Made by a program: the position numbers and the translations under genes. The notes beneath the pieces were generated by a model. The model was not told the DNA's origin. It was given only the letters and a program-made list of their open reading frames with translations, and did no database searches. From the IMG/VR virus record IMGVR_UViG_3300021387_000036, positions 1-64,000 of that record: a stretch of 64,000 bases of DNA; one strand, written 5' to 3'. Every line of letters begins with the position of its first letter. Within the stretch, counting starts at the first letter, position 1. The stretch is from a virus. Lineage: Duplodnaviria > Caudoviricetes. Below, in pieces: positions 40,943 through 49,870 of this stretch.

Positions 40943-41193
40943 TCATGTTCTCCCATTGCTTCATCTAAAATTTCACCAAATTTTAAAATATCTCTTTGCA
41001 TTACATGGAAAGCTGAATCTGGAGAAATTTGTTTTTCTCTTATCTCCAACCTAGCCATAGCTTCTCTAGCTCTTATATATCTATACATTAATGAATCATA
41101 CATATATCCCTTACAATGGGGATTATTTTTAACTATTTCATTAACCGTATCTTCATTTAAAGTTAAAGTTATTGTTTTATTTGTAGTTAGCAT
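40939..41193 (-). CDS. Hypothetical protein
   Basis: RBS AAGGAG; downstream of a promoter. Confidence 0.6.
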   Translation of the reverse strand: MLTTNKTITLTLNEDTVNEIVKNNPHCKGYMYDSLMYRYIRAREAMARLEIREKQISPDSAFHVMQRDILKFGEILDEAMGEHD

Positions 41194-41222
41194 AATATTA
41201 CTCCTTTTATTTTTATATAAAT

Positions 41223-41251
41223 ATTATAACATATTTTTTTATAAAAATAAA
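41223..41251 (-). promoter_or_regulatory. SigA-like promoter (extended -10)
   Basis: TTTATT-TTTATAAAAAAATATGT-TATAAT. Confidence 0.6.
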
Positions 41252-41406
41252 AAAGTGGAGTGAAAAAGTTGAAAACCACTTTTTATCTGGATTGCGACCA
41301 TTTTCACTCCAATCAATTAATATGTAATTACCCCACTCCATTACATTGCACTCCTCGCCCAAAATTATCACTACCTAATAGATAGGGGAGTGTCTCCCTA
41401 TTAGTA

Positions 41407-41931
41407 TTAAAGAGATTCAAAAATCAATTTCTCAGGTAATATATCTTTACAAATATAAATACTTGCAAAAGATACTCCTTTTTGAACAATCTTCATATCT
41501 TTATCTCGATAATAATTAATACGTTTATCAAAAATTAATGCTTGACAATCTTTTAAATATTCAAACCTTTTTTGCCCTTGGAGTGTTGGTAGCGGCAGTA
41601 GCATAGCAAAAGGCTTATTTAATTCATACAGCCTTTTTAATATCATATCTTTTATACTGAAAGGTGGATTTGAAATAATATAATCATAATGCTCACTTGG
41701 TTCATATTCAAAAAAATTCTGTCCAGTATCAATATGACTTGGTATGACTTTAATACCATTCTTTTCAAAAACTTCTATATATTTACTTTGTCCTTTAATA
41801 TCAAAAGGACACCAAATAGTTTTATTTTTATCAATATATTTTAATATTGGTTTAACTGCTATTTCAGGAGTAAAAGTTTCATCTGATTCTTTATTTGTTT
41901 TTGCAGTTAAATAACCTATATTTAAAGCCAT
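41407..41931 (-). CDS. Small N6-adenine DNA methyltransferase-like protein
   Basis: SDETFTP, IWCPFD and catalytic ISNPPFS motif; no cognate restriction enzyme adjacent. Confidence 0.7.
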   Translation of the reverse strand: MALNIGYLTAKTNKESDETFTPEIAVKPILKYIDKNKTIWCPFDIKGQSKYIEVFEKNGIKVIPSHIDTGQNFFEYEPSEHYDYIISNPPFSIKDMILKRLYELNKPFAMLLPLPTLQGQKRFEYLKDCQALIFDKRINYYRDKDMKIVQKGVSFASIYICKDILPEKLIFESL

Positions 41932-41941
41932 TCTTTATCTC

Positions 41942-43735
41942 CTAAAAATAATATTTATTGCTATCTATAATATTATAATCTTCAATAAAAATTTGTGGAG
42001 TAATAATTCCATTCCACTCGTTTTTATGGCACTTACCTACAATATCTAGCTCTATATATCCTGTGTTATTGTCTTTTATTTTATTGCATAGTTCTTCATC
42101 AGCATTAAATTTCATTAAGCTAATTCCATTGTTTAAACTAATTTTAATTGTATTTGTAGTTTTCCTATATATATCAACCATATTTGTAGTAATTTTTAAA
42201 TTTTTAACTACTACAAATGGTTCATTTAATTCACTTCCCCAATAAGAACTCATTTCTGCAATATCTAAAATAATTTGACTATCTACATTTTGACCTTTAA
42301 AAATATAATCAACATAATAAATTGCTTCATCTGACATATTTGATAACTTGTCATTCATATAATCTATAAAACGTGGAAGGTCTCGTTCATAAATTTTTAA
42401 ACCAAAAGCATTAGGGTGCCCAATTGCATAATCAATACATCCAGAATCTAAACACATCTGTTTGAAGTCATCTATTCCAGCAAGCGAGCATCCACGGGCG
42501 CTTCCCGCATAAGAAGTTTCATATCTATATCCATCCATAGTCTGCCCGCTATATTCTTCACTCTTGGTTAATAAACAACATGGTCTTTGATATTTTGCCA
42601 TAAATTTATTAGCTATTAATCCACGTACTTCCGCAGGTATATCACTATTTTCATCCAATAATAAAATAAGAACTTTACATTTATCTAATAAATGCTCTGA
42701 TATTATTTGATCTTCTAGCTGTTCTATTGCAGCGTCTTGAACTCTTGTTTGCCTGTTTTTAACATTAGTACAAACTCTTACTGCTTGAGTAACTAATGTT
42801 TCAGTTTCACCTAATTTATGACCTCTTTTTGTTGAAGGAATCTCTTGAAAAGCATAATATTTAAGCATACTTTTAAACACTAATTCTTTTTCTTCTTGAG
42901 TTCCACTTCTTTGTATTGCATTTAATAATGGTACTATATAAAAAGCTGCTCCTATTGGAGTGATTTCTTCTCCTAATTTGAACGCATTTTTTTGAGCCAT
43001 TGAATAGATGAAAGGATTTTTAATTTGTTTTAATCCTTCAAAAATGAGACTCTTGGTTTCCAAAGAACGAATATCCATCATATCCCCAATGAGGCCTATA
43101 GCTACTAAATCTAAATATTGATAACTGTTTACTTTTTGCATTATATCATCAATATGTCTACAAAATTGCCAAACTACTCCCACTCCGCTTAAAGCCTTGT
43201 TTGAATAGTTACTATATCCATTTTGATTATTTATAATAATCGCATAAGGATTTTCTTTATCAAAATCGTGGTGGTCTAGGATTAATACATCAATCCCATT
43301 TTCTTGTAATTGTTTACATTCATCTGTGTCATTACTTCCCGCATCTGGACATAATACAAAATTATAATGATTATCTATAATATACTTATAACAATCATTA
43401 AGTCCATGTTGCTTTCCAGCATGAAAATAAAAATCAATAGATTCAGTCCAATTAGGGAATAAATCATATAAATAATTTAATAATAAAGCAGAAGAGGTAT
43501 TACCATCAACATCACAATCAATAATAATAATCGTTTTATCATTATTATTTATATGTTTTACAAGCATTTTTGTAGCTTCATCTATTTTTAATTTACCAAA
43601 ATCAATAGGGGAATTACAAAAACTTAAATTTGGATGTTGATAGAAAAACAATTCTTCTTTTTTTAATCCTCTATTAAGTAGCACCTGCTCAAAAGCAGAT
43701 TGCTCTTTTACAGGTGCTATTAATTGATACTTCAT
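41942..43735 (-). CDS. recJ: RecJ-like ssDNA exonuclease (DHH family)
   Basis: DCDVDG, PDAG, LDHH, GSARG, GHPNAFG. Confidence 0.9.
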   Translation of the reverse strand: MKYQLIAPVKEQSAFEQVLLNRGLKKEELFFYQHPNLSFCNSPIDFGKLKIDEATKMLVKHINNNDKTIIIIDCDVDGNTSSALLLNYLYDLFPNWTESIDFYFHAGKQHGLNDCYKYIIDNHYNFVLCPDAGSNDTDECKQLQENGIDVLILDHHDFDKENPYAIIINNQNGYSNYSNKALSGVGVVWQFCRHIDDIMQKVNSYQYLDLVAIGLIGDMMDIRSLETKSLIFEGLKQIKNPFIYSMAQKNAFKLGEEITPIGAAFYIVPLLNAIQRSGTQEEKELVFKSMLKYYAFQEIPSTKRGHKLGETETLVTQAVRVCTNVKNRQTRVQDAAIEQLEDQIISEHLLDKCKVLILLLDENSDIPAEVRGLIANKFMAKYQRPCCLLTKSEEYSGQTMDGYRYETSYAGSARGCSLAGIDDFKQMCLDSGCIDYAIGHPNAFGLKIYERDLPRFIDYMNDKLSNMSDEAIYYVDYIFKGQNVDSQIILDIAEMSSYWGSELNEPFVVVKNLKITTNMVDIYRKTTNTIKISLNNGISLMKFNADEELCNKIKDNNTGYIELDIVGKCHKNEWNGIITPQIFIEDYNIIDSNKYYF

Positions 43736-43747
43736 AAAATATCTCCT

Positions 43748-44161
43748 TTAAGAAAGCCATTTTTCAAATATACTATTAAAATATGCACTATCATTAAAGA
43801 GTCTTTTAATAATACACATAGCCAAGCCCTTTTCTCTATCGTAAGTATCTCCTGGCTGACATTTTACTACAGTTTTAGTACCATCTTTCCAAAGCACAAT
43901 CGTTGCTGGCTTATTATAAATAACATTTTTAATAGAGTTTTTAAAGTTGTCAATCTTTATTTTATTTTTTCTATTAATTTCTGCTTGAAGTTCCTTTTCT
44001 GCATCCTTTGCTTTTTCTTTAATAATATCTTTTAATAGATAATCAAGCATATCGTTATCATAAAAACCTTTATCAGAAGAAGATGTTGCTATAATAGGTC
44101 GTGTATAAATACTTCCATGTAAAGTATCAGTTATGTCATAAAAATTACTTTTAATTGTCAT
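43748..44161 (-). CDS. Hypothetical phage protein
   Basis: RBS AGAGGT; C-terminal PATIVLWKDGTKTVVKC segment. Confidence 0.65.
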   Translation of the reverse strand: MTIKSNFYDITDTLHGSIYTRPIIATSSSDKGFYDNDMLDYLLKDIIKEKAKDAEKELQAEINRKNKIKIDNFKNSIKNVIYNKPATIVLWKDGTKTVVKCQPGDTYDREKGLAMCIIKRLFNDSAYFNSIFEKWLS

Positions 44162-44197
44162 TGTCTTTACCTCTCTTTTTTATTTTATTTTAATTAT

Positions 44198-44226
44198 ATT
44201 ATATTATATTTTTTTATAAAAGTCAA
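44198..44226 (-). promoter_or_regulatory. SigA-like promoter
   Basis: TTGACT-TTTATAAAAAAATATAA-TATAAT. Confidence 0.75.
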
Positions 44227-45332
44227 TCTAATGTGAATCTATGGTTAAATAAATCTAAAAATATTTCTTTTCCATTATCAGTAGGACTTTGTTTATATCC
44301 TAATTTATTTTCTTTATCAAACATAAAACTAATTTTAATATATGGATTAAATTTATTATATATACTTGTTAATTTCTTAATCCACTTAGTCCATTCTTTA
44401 TCTCCAGGTTCCTGAAACTGTTTATCAAACCCTATAACAATTTCTTCAACTTCAAGAGATTGGAGCAATTTAAATTGTTGAGTAGTTAAATTGCTACCGC
44501 AACATGCGACCGATATATCATTTTCTATTCCAAAGAATGAAGCATAACTTAAACAAAATTTTTCTCCTTCTCCTAGAATAGCTATTTTTAAAGCTTTTAT
44601 ATTATCTTTGCTATTATTTAAATTATATAAATTAAATCCTAGCGGATGATTATACATTTTGCCATTTAAAATAGCTGGCATATACTTACCTTTATCTTCA
44701 TTTTCTTTAATTAAAGTTCTTTCTCTAATTCCTATTAATTGATTATCAATATTATAATGAGGAATTACAATACCATAAGAGTAAGGATCAAATTTAATAT
44801 TTCTAGCTTTCATAACATCTTCATTGATTCCCTCTTTTAACCAAGGAGTAATCTTCTTATAAGGGAGATTATCCATGACATGTGAATCAAAGATTTTCAA
44901 ACTTGATTTCTTTTTATCTTCAGATTTGACTTTATTTCTTTCGTATTTATCAAAAATCATAAAATCTGAAGAAGTTTGAGAAGTGTTTGAAAAAACGTTA
45001 ACTACATCAAGAGAGAAAAAATTTATTATATATAATTCTGCGTCATATAGACTCCAGTCAATGCCTGATTGAATTTTCATTATCTTTCTAGTTAAATCAA
45101 AAATGTCAAAACCCGTTGTTTCAGAACACTCTGTATAACATTTAAACAATCTTGTATTTTCATAATAATATAACTTATGAGACGCATCTGAATTTGCGGG
45201 ATTGTGGCAAATGGTGCGGGAAACCAGACATCCGATTCTTTTAATGGGGTCGCCGCCATGTTCTGCTAAAAACTGTTCTATTTGTTCTATTGTTAAAGCT
45301 TCTTTAATTGAATCTTTATCAAAATTAATCAT
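44223..45332 (-). CDS. DNA primase (Zn finger + TOPRIM)
   Basis: CHN...CYTEC zinc-binding region, IVIPH, LYNL, EGEK, IGFD; adjacent to DnaB. Confidence 0.8.
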   Translation of the reverse strand: MINFDKDSIKEALTIEQIEQFLAEHGGDPIKRIGCLVSRTICHNPANSDASHKLYYYENTRLFKCYTECSETTGFDIFDLTRKIMKIQSGIDWSLYDAELYIINFFSLDVVNVFSNTSQTSSDFMIFDKYERNKVKSEDKKKSSLKIFDSHVMDNLPYKKITPWLKEGINEDVMKARNIKFDPYSYGIVIPHYNIDNQLIGIRERTLIKENEDKGKYMPAILNGKMYNHPLGFNLYNLNNSKDNIKALKIAILGEGEKFCLSYASFFGIENDISVACCGSNLTTQQFKLLQSLEVEEIVIGFDKQFQEPGDKEWTKWIKKLTSIYNKFNPYIKISFMFDKENKLGYKQSPTDNGKEIFLDLFNHRFTLD

Positions 45333-45565
45333 CTTATATTATCCCAATTATTTTCTATTATAATAAATGAATAATCTCCATCTTCATCTTTTGAGTTCAT
45401 TTCATTAATATCATAAAAGCCTGGTTTAATTGGATATAATCTATCTTTAACCTTGACACATCTTTCAACTGTACCTTCATCTTCATTCCAATCTTGTCCA
45501 GTTAAAATAATTCTTACAATAACACCATCTGATAAATCTTTAAATTGTTCAGCTGTTAGATTCAT
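45329..45565 (-). CDS. Small acidic hypothetical protein
   Basis: ATG overlaps the DnaB stop (TAATG). Confidence 0.55.
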   Translation of the reverse strand: MNLTAEQFKDLSDGVIVRIILTGQDWNEDEGTVERCVKVKDRLYPIKPGFYDINEMNSKDEDGDYSFIIIENNWDNIR

Positions 45566-47106
45566 TAAAATGCACTCTCCCATTCTACTGTTTTAGGTTT
45601 TATATTAATTACTAAATCTTCTATTTCAATAGGTTCATAAAGATATGTTGTTGCAAATATTGGATTAACTCTACATGTTCCCAAATCTGTATTACACCAA
45701 AGGAACATATGATTATATCTACCCCTTCTGTTTTTATAAATAGATAGTTTTAATCCAGGCATTTCAAAACCATTTTTATCACAAAATACCTTTAAGCTCT
45801 CTCTATCTTGGTCTGTAACAGGAAGCATCAACATACCTGCATCAGCCTTATCAGCGATAGCTTTTGCACCTCTTAAAGCATTTTGGTCATAGACTCCATT
45901 CTGATATTCTGAGTTCAACTGAGTTGAAGTTAGTATAAAAACTTTATACTGCTTTGCTAAATCTTTTAATCTTACACTTATCATAAAAAGGACATTATCT
46001 TCTCTTAATCCTTTAACATTAGCTTTGCTACTAATTTCGCTTAATATTTTAATACTTGAATGAATATAATCAAAACAAATATATCTAATATTATATTTTC
46101 TGATACCTAATCTAATTGTAGATTCAATATCTTGTAAACTAAAATCAGGAAGTTCTTTTATAAAGAGCGGACTCCGCTTAATAATTTCTTTAGCCTTAAT
46201 TATCCTATCTATTTCTCCAGCTTCATATTTATTTTCTAGTACATGGTCTTCTTGAACGCCTGCTACAAAAGCCCACATCATTGTTTGAATTTCATCTCTT
46301 GATTGTTCTGTCGCTATATAAATAGTTGGTTCTGCAGTTCCATTTCGTTCCCATTTCTGGGTTAAAGGATTATATAGTTCGTCACAAGCAAAATTACAAG
46401 CATCTGCAATCATCATACGAGATTTACCGAAGTTAGTTGGAGCAGACCTTAGAAATACACATCCAAATCTTGCGCCTCTAAATATTTTATTGATATATTT
46501 ACCATACATAGGATATCCTACATTTGGAGTAGTTTGTAACTCGTCAAAAAGTTCGTCTTGTCCTTCTGCGGCAGCGCATATATCATCTGTTGCATTTTCT
46601 GCAAATCTTGATTTTATATCTTCAATAACATCATTAATTTCATTAGCAATTTCTTCAAGAGAATGATTATCTAACCAATCTTCTTGTTGCTGTTTCTTTT
46701 TTATATCTAAAACATTATTAACATCATAAATCCTAGAAACATTAACTCCTATAGATTCATACATTCTTAATAATGTAAATTTTTTCATTCTATTATAATA
46801 ATAATCAAAAGTAGCTAAACTAATATTTTCAGTACATTTATTTAACCACTCCGCGCCATTGTATGCTTTATAAATTGCATACTTTTTTTCACGTTGTTCA
46901 AGATAATCTTCTACTGTATTAACATTTATATTTTTTGCTCCTAAAGCATGAAGATTATAAATTGTTCCAAATATAGTTCTATGAAATTCTTGTGGAAAAT
47001 CTTCTTCATTAAATTTATACTGACTATCATCTAACAAATTTGGATTCTGATAAATACTTCCTATTACTTGTATAATTGCTTTTGAGTCAATATAGTTACT
47101 ATTCAT
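45565..47106 (-). CDS. dnaB: Replicative DNA helicase, DnaB family
   Basis: Walker A variant SAPTNFGKS, IATEQ, FDYI, STQLN, KNRRG. Confidence 0.85.
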   Translation of the reverse strand: MNSNYIDSKAIIQVIGSIYQNPNLLDDSQYKFNEEDFPQEFHRTIFGTIYNLHALGAKNINVNTVEDYLEQREKKYAIYKAYNGAEWLNKCTENISLATFDYYYNRMKKFTLLRMYESIGVNVSRIYDVNNVLDIKKKQQQEDWLDNHSLEEIANEINDVIEDIKSRFAENATDDICAAAEGQDELFDELQTTPNVGYPMYGKYINKIFRGARFGCVFLRSAPTNFGKSRMMIADACNFACDELYNPLTQKWERNGTAEPTIYIATEQSRDEIQTMMWAFVAGVQEDHVLENKYEAGEIDRIIKAKEIIKRSPLFIKELPDFSLQDIESTIRLGIRKYNIRYICFDYIHSSIKILSEISSKANVKGLREDNVLFMISVRLKDLAKQYKVFILTSTQLNSEYQNGVYDQNALRGAKAIADKADAGMLMLPVTDQDRESLKVFCDKNGFEMPGLKLSIYKNRRGRYNHMFLWCNTDLGTCRVNPIFATTYLYEPIEIEDLVINIKPKTVEWESAF

Positions 47107-47108
47107 CT

Positions 47109-47624
47109 TTAATCCTCCATGTTAAATAGTTTGGGCGGTAGCTCTTTTTGTTTAGGAGCATCAATTTCAATAATTCGCTGTTTATTGCTATTATAATTGC
47201 CCGTTCCCGCAACTTGATTTGCGAGATATATATTATAATAATAATTATATGCTTGAGTATAGCAAAATGGCACAATTCCTAAAGAACCTTCTTTAAGCTT
47301 ATCTTTTGAATTTCCTTTAACTTCATAAAAATATAATAAACTTTTTAAAATACCACTATAACTATATTGATAATCTCTTACCCAAGCTTCAACTATTTTC
47401 TTAAATTGTATAAAATTAAAATTTTGACCTTGTTCTTTTTTTACATATCTATACAATTCATCAAAGTCTTTTTCTTCTTGAGTTAATTCAGCTTCTTTCT
47501 TTTCTTTGCAAGCAATGTGTGCATATCTGTTTGTTCTTGGTTTAAACCAAACGATATCCATTTCTTCAGGCTTAGCATCAAATTGTTGCTTACAATATAA
47601 ACATTTTACTATATGTGAAGCCAT
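47109..47624 (-). CDS. Zn-binding hypothetical protein, possible helicase loader
   Basis: CLYC...HIAC; immediately upstream of dnaB. Confidence 0.45.
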   Translation of the reverse strand: MASHIVKCLYCKQQFDAKPEEMDIVWFKPRTNRYAHIACKEKKEAELTQEEKDFDELYRYVKKEQGQNFNFIQFKKIVEAWVRDYQYSYSGILKSLLYFYEVKGNSKDKLKEGSLGIVPFCYTQAYNYYYNIYLANQVAGTGNYNSNKQRIIEIDAPKQKELPPKLFNMED

Positions 47625-47654
47625 TCTTTAACCATCCTTTTTTCTTATATATAA

Positions 47655-47683
47655 ATTATATCATATTTTTTAAGAAAAATAAA
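47655..47683 (-). promoter_or_regulatory. SigA-like promoter (extended -10)
   Basis: TTTATT-TTTCTTAAAAAATATGA-TATAAT. Confidence 0.6.
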
Positions 47684-47714
47684 GAAAAGAGCAATAAATC
47701 TTGCTCTTTTCTTT
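47681..47714 (-). terminator. Terminator after Sak4-like gene
   Basis: AAAGAAAAGAGCAA...TTGCTCTTTTCTTT. Confidence 0.7.
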
Positions 47715-47723
47715 GTTATTAAT

Positions 47724-48583
47724 TTAGAGAGTTTTTAAATCATCAACAATGAGAGCTAACTGTTCAACCTGATCTCTATTCATATCTCCAACCTTTTTAC
47801 CTTTACCGATATACTTTTCAGTAATTTGCACAATACGAGGAGCATAATAATCAGCCATTGTTTTTTCTTCTGTTGATTTTTCATCTATAGCCTTAATAAG
47901 ATTAGTAAATTCTTCCATAAGTGCATCAAAATCAAGACTAGAGCTTGTATCTCTATAAGCATTTTCTCTTTCATCTGTGAAAAACTCTACACCATCTTCT
48001 TCAGCTTGCTTATCTATTGCTTCTGCGATAGCGTCTACAAGGTTTTTATATGTAAATTCTATATAATCAGGAGTATATTTAAAGCGGGAACCAGCTTCAT
48101 AGCGCTGTGTACCTCGCATAAAGAGGATCGTTTTATTAGACCCATCATCTCCTGTTACCGCCCGTGAATAACCAATTATATCAGCCATTCGCGCAACAAT
48201 ATTATTTGCTCTCTTATCTAAGGTCGGTACAATTTTATTATATTCATTTCCACTTTCATCTTTAAAAGTCTTATCAGTTGCATGTGAAATAAGTACAATA
48301 CCATATCCCATTTGAACTATTGAACGAAGTTTTTCATCAAACTCTGTACCTACAAGACCGTAGCCTTTGCCATAAGGAATATCTGCAACTGTATCTACAC
48401 TATTGTTAGAACAAATATATTTTTCACAATAGTTATAAGCTATATCTGCGGTGTCTATGATAACCGTTTCATACATCTCTTTAACTCGTTCATCTTTCAA
48501 CTGACGAATAACTTTAAGAAATTCTGCCCAACTATTAATAGGCTGTGCTTTGACACCTGCTAAAGCGTTGTAACCTTTTTCGA
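47724..48583 (-). CDS. Sak4-like AAA ATPase / ssDNA annealing protein, exon 2
   Basis: Frame is open upstream of the tracked ORF: (F)EKGYNALAGVKAQPINSW...VIIDT (Walker B)...ISH...ADIIGY...AGSRF. Confidence 0.85.
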
Positions 48584-49688
48584 CATTTATAATGTTTATA
48601 AACTGACTATATCACGAACATTTTTATAAAATGTTCCGCCACCACTTCGGAATAAGGATTTACACCTTAAACCTACTTCTCAAAGAGAATAGTCGATTGA
48701 CTTTCTATCTTTATAAAGATAGCTTAGCACAGGATTCTTCTAATATCCAAAGTTTAACAATATTAGACATTCCCCGTTAGCAAATAAGTAAATACTTATT
48801 CACACCCTATATTTATAGGTTCAATGGCGATGCGCCCATTCTAAGCAGTCTAAATATTTCTGATATTTTCTATCTAAACGATTGTTTTCTTTTGAATTAT
48901 AATATAAATAATTTAATATCCTTTCAACTTGTTTTCTACCGGCTATTTGCAAGACAAATGCTTTGTCTGCAATATTAGCTTGTAAGCTTACATTAGTTTG
49001 AAGTTCTTTTTGAATATCAGTTAAAAATTCTTTTGTACCAATAAAAGAAATTCTATAATTATTAGTGCCTTGTAAATAATGCAAACTTCCATCTCCATCA
49101 AAATATCCTCTTATGAAATGAGATATATAATCTCTTGGAATATTTGGAATTTTTTCTATTTTTAAACTTTTTTGAGGAACACATCCCCATTTAATTAAAT
49201 CTTGATGAAGCTGTTTATCTTTAATTGAAAATTGATATAGAGTCTTTGCATTTTCAAATCTTTTATCATAAGTTTCGGTTATTTTATGATTAAATGCTCC
49301 AATAGCCGTTTTAAATTTTTCAACTTGTTCTTTATCCGTAATATTCATTGAAATTTCATTATTATTTGTATGAACACAACCATCTGCATATAAAAAACCT
49401 AACCAATACGCTTTTTCCTCTGTATCAATTTTATTGAAATAAAATTCATTTCTTGGGAATCCTTGTTTATTTCCTCTTGATTGAATATTATGCTTATTTA
49501 ATAAATTTCTAATTGTTCCATAAGCACAATTAAACTCTTTTCCAAGTTGCTTTAAGGTATATTGTTCGTTTAGATATTTGTCTATAATGTAGGCTACTTG
49601 TTCATCAGTCCAAGCAATTACTCCGCCTTTTCCACGAGTAATAGTGTATAAATCAGACATACTTATTCTCCTTATTTTTATTTTCTTG
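48584..49688 (-). mobile_element. Self-splicing group I intron with LAGLIDADG ORF in the P1 loop
   Basis: Exon 1 ends in U (GCGT|) and the intron ends in G (ATAAATG|TC). Core elements on the minus strand: GCTAACGGGGAA (P), AATCCTGTGCTAAG (Q), TCAATCGACTA (R), GATATAGTC (S). Splicing restores the LLLA-F-EKGY reading frame. Confidence 0.9.
48821..49660 (-). CDS. Intron-encoded LAGLIDADG homing endonuclease with N-terminal HTH
   Basis: Two motifs WLGFLYADG and FIRGYFDGDG; own RBS AAGGAG within the intron 5' end. Confidence 0.9.
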   Translation of the reverse strand: MSDLYTITRGKGGVIAWTDEQVAYIIDKYLNEQYTLKQLGKEFNCAYGTIRNLLNKHNIQSRGNKQGFPRNEFYFNKIDTEEKAYWLGFLYADGCVHTNNNEISMNITDKEQVEKFKTAIGAFNHKITETYDKRFENAKTLYQFSIKDKQLHQDLIKWGCVPQKSLKIEKIPNIPRDYISHFIRGYFDGDGSLHYLQGTNNYRISFIGTKEFLTDIQKELQTNVSLQANIADKAFVLQIAGRKQVERILNYLYYNSKENNRLDRKYQKYLDCLEWAHRH

Positions 49689-49830
49689 ACGCTAATAGAA
49701 GACTTCTGGGAAACTTACTCGCGATAGTAGTTTTTCCAGATTTGGGCTCTCCGAAGAAGAATACTGAATACCCTCGCATATCACGACTAACCTTATGAGG
49801 CTCCAAACTTAATAAATCAATATCTGACAT
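49689..49830 (-). CDS. Sak4-like AAA ATPase, exon 1 (absent from the ORF track)
   Basis: RBS AGGAGG, then MSDIDLLSLEPHKVSRDMRGYSVFFFGEPKSGKTTIASKFPRSLLLA including Walker A. 142 nt + 860 nt of exon 2 = 1002 nt (333 aa). Confidence 0.88.
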
Positions 49831-49870
49831 TTTTCTATTCCTCCTGTTTAAGAATTAGATAGGTTCAAGT

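Noticed and set aside
47724-48500. Truncated or pseudogenised ATPase as given in the ORF track
   Set aside because: It is exon 2 of an intron-split gene; the frame is restored by splicing.
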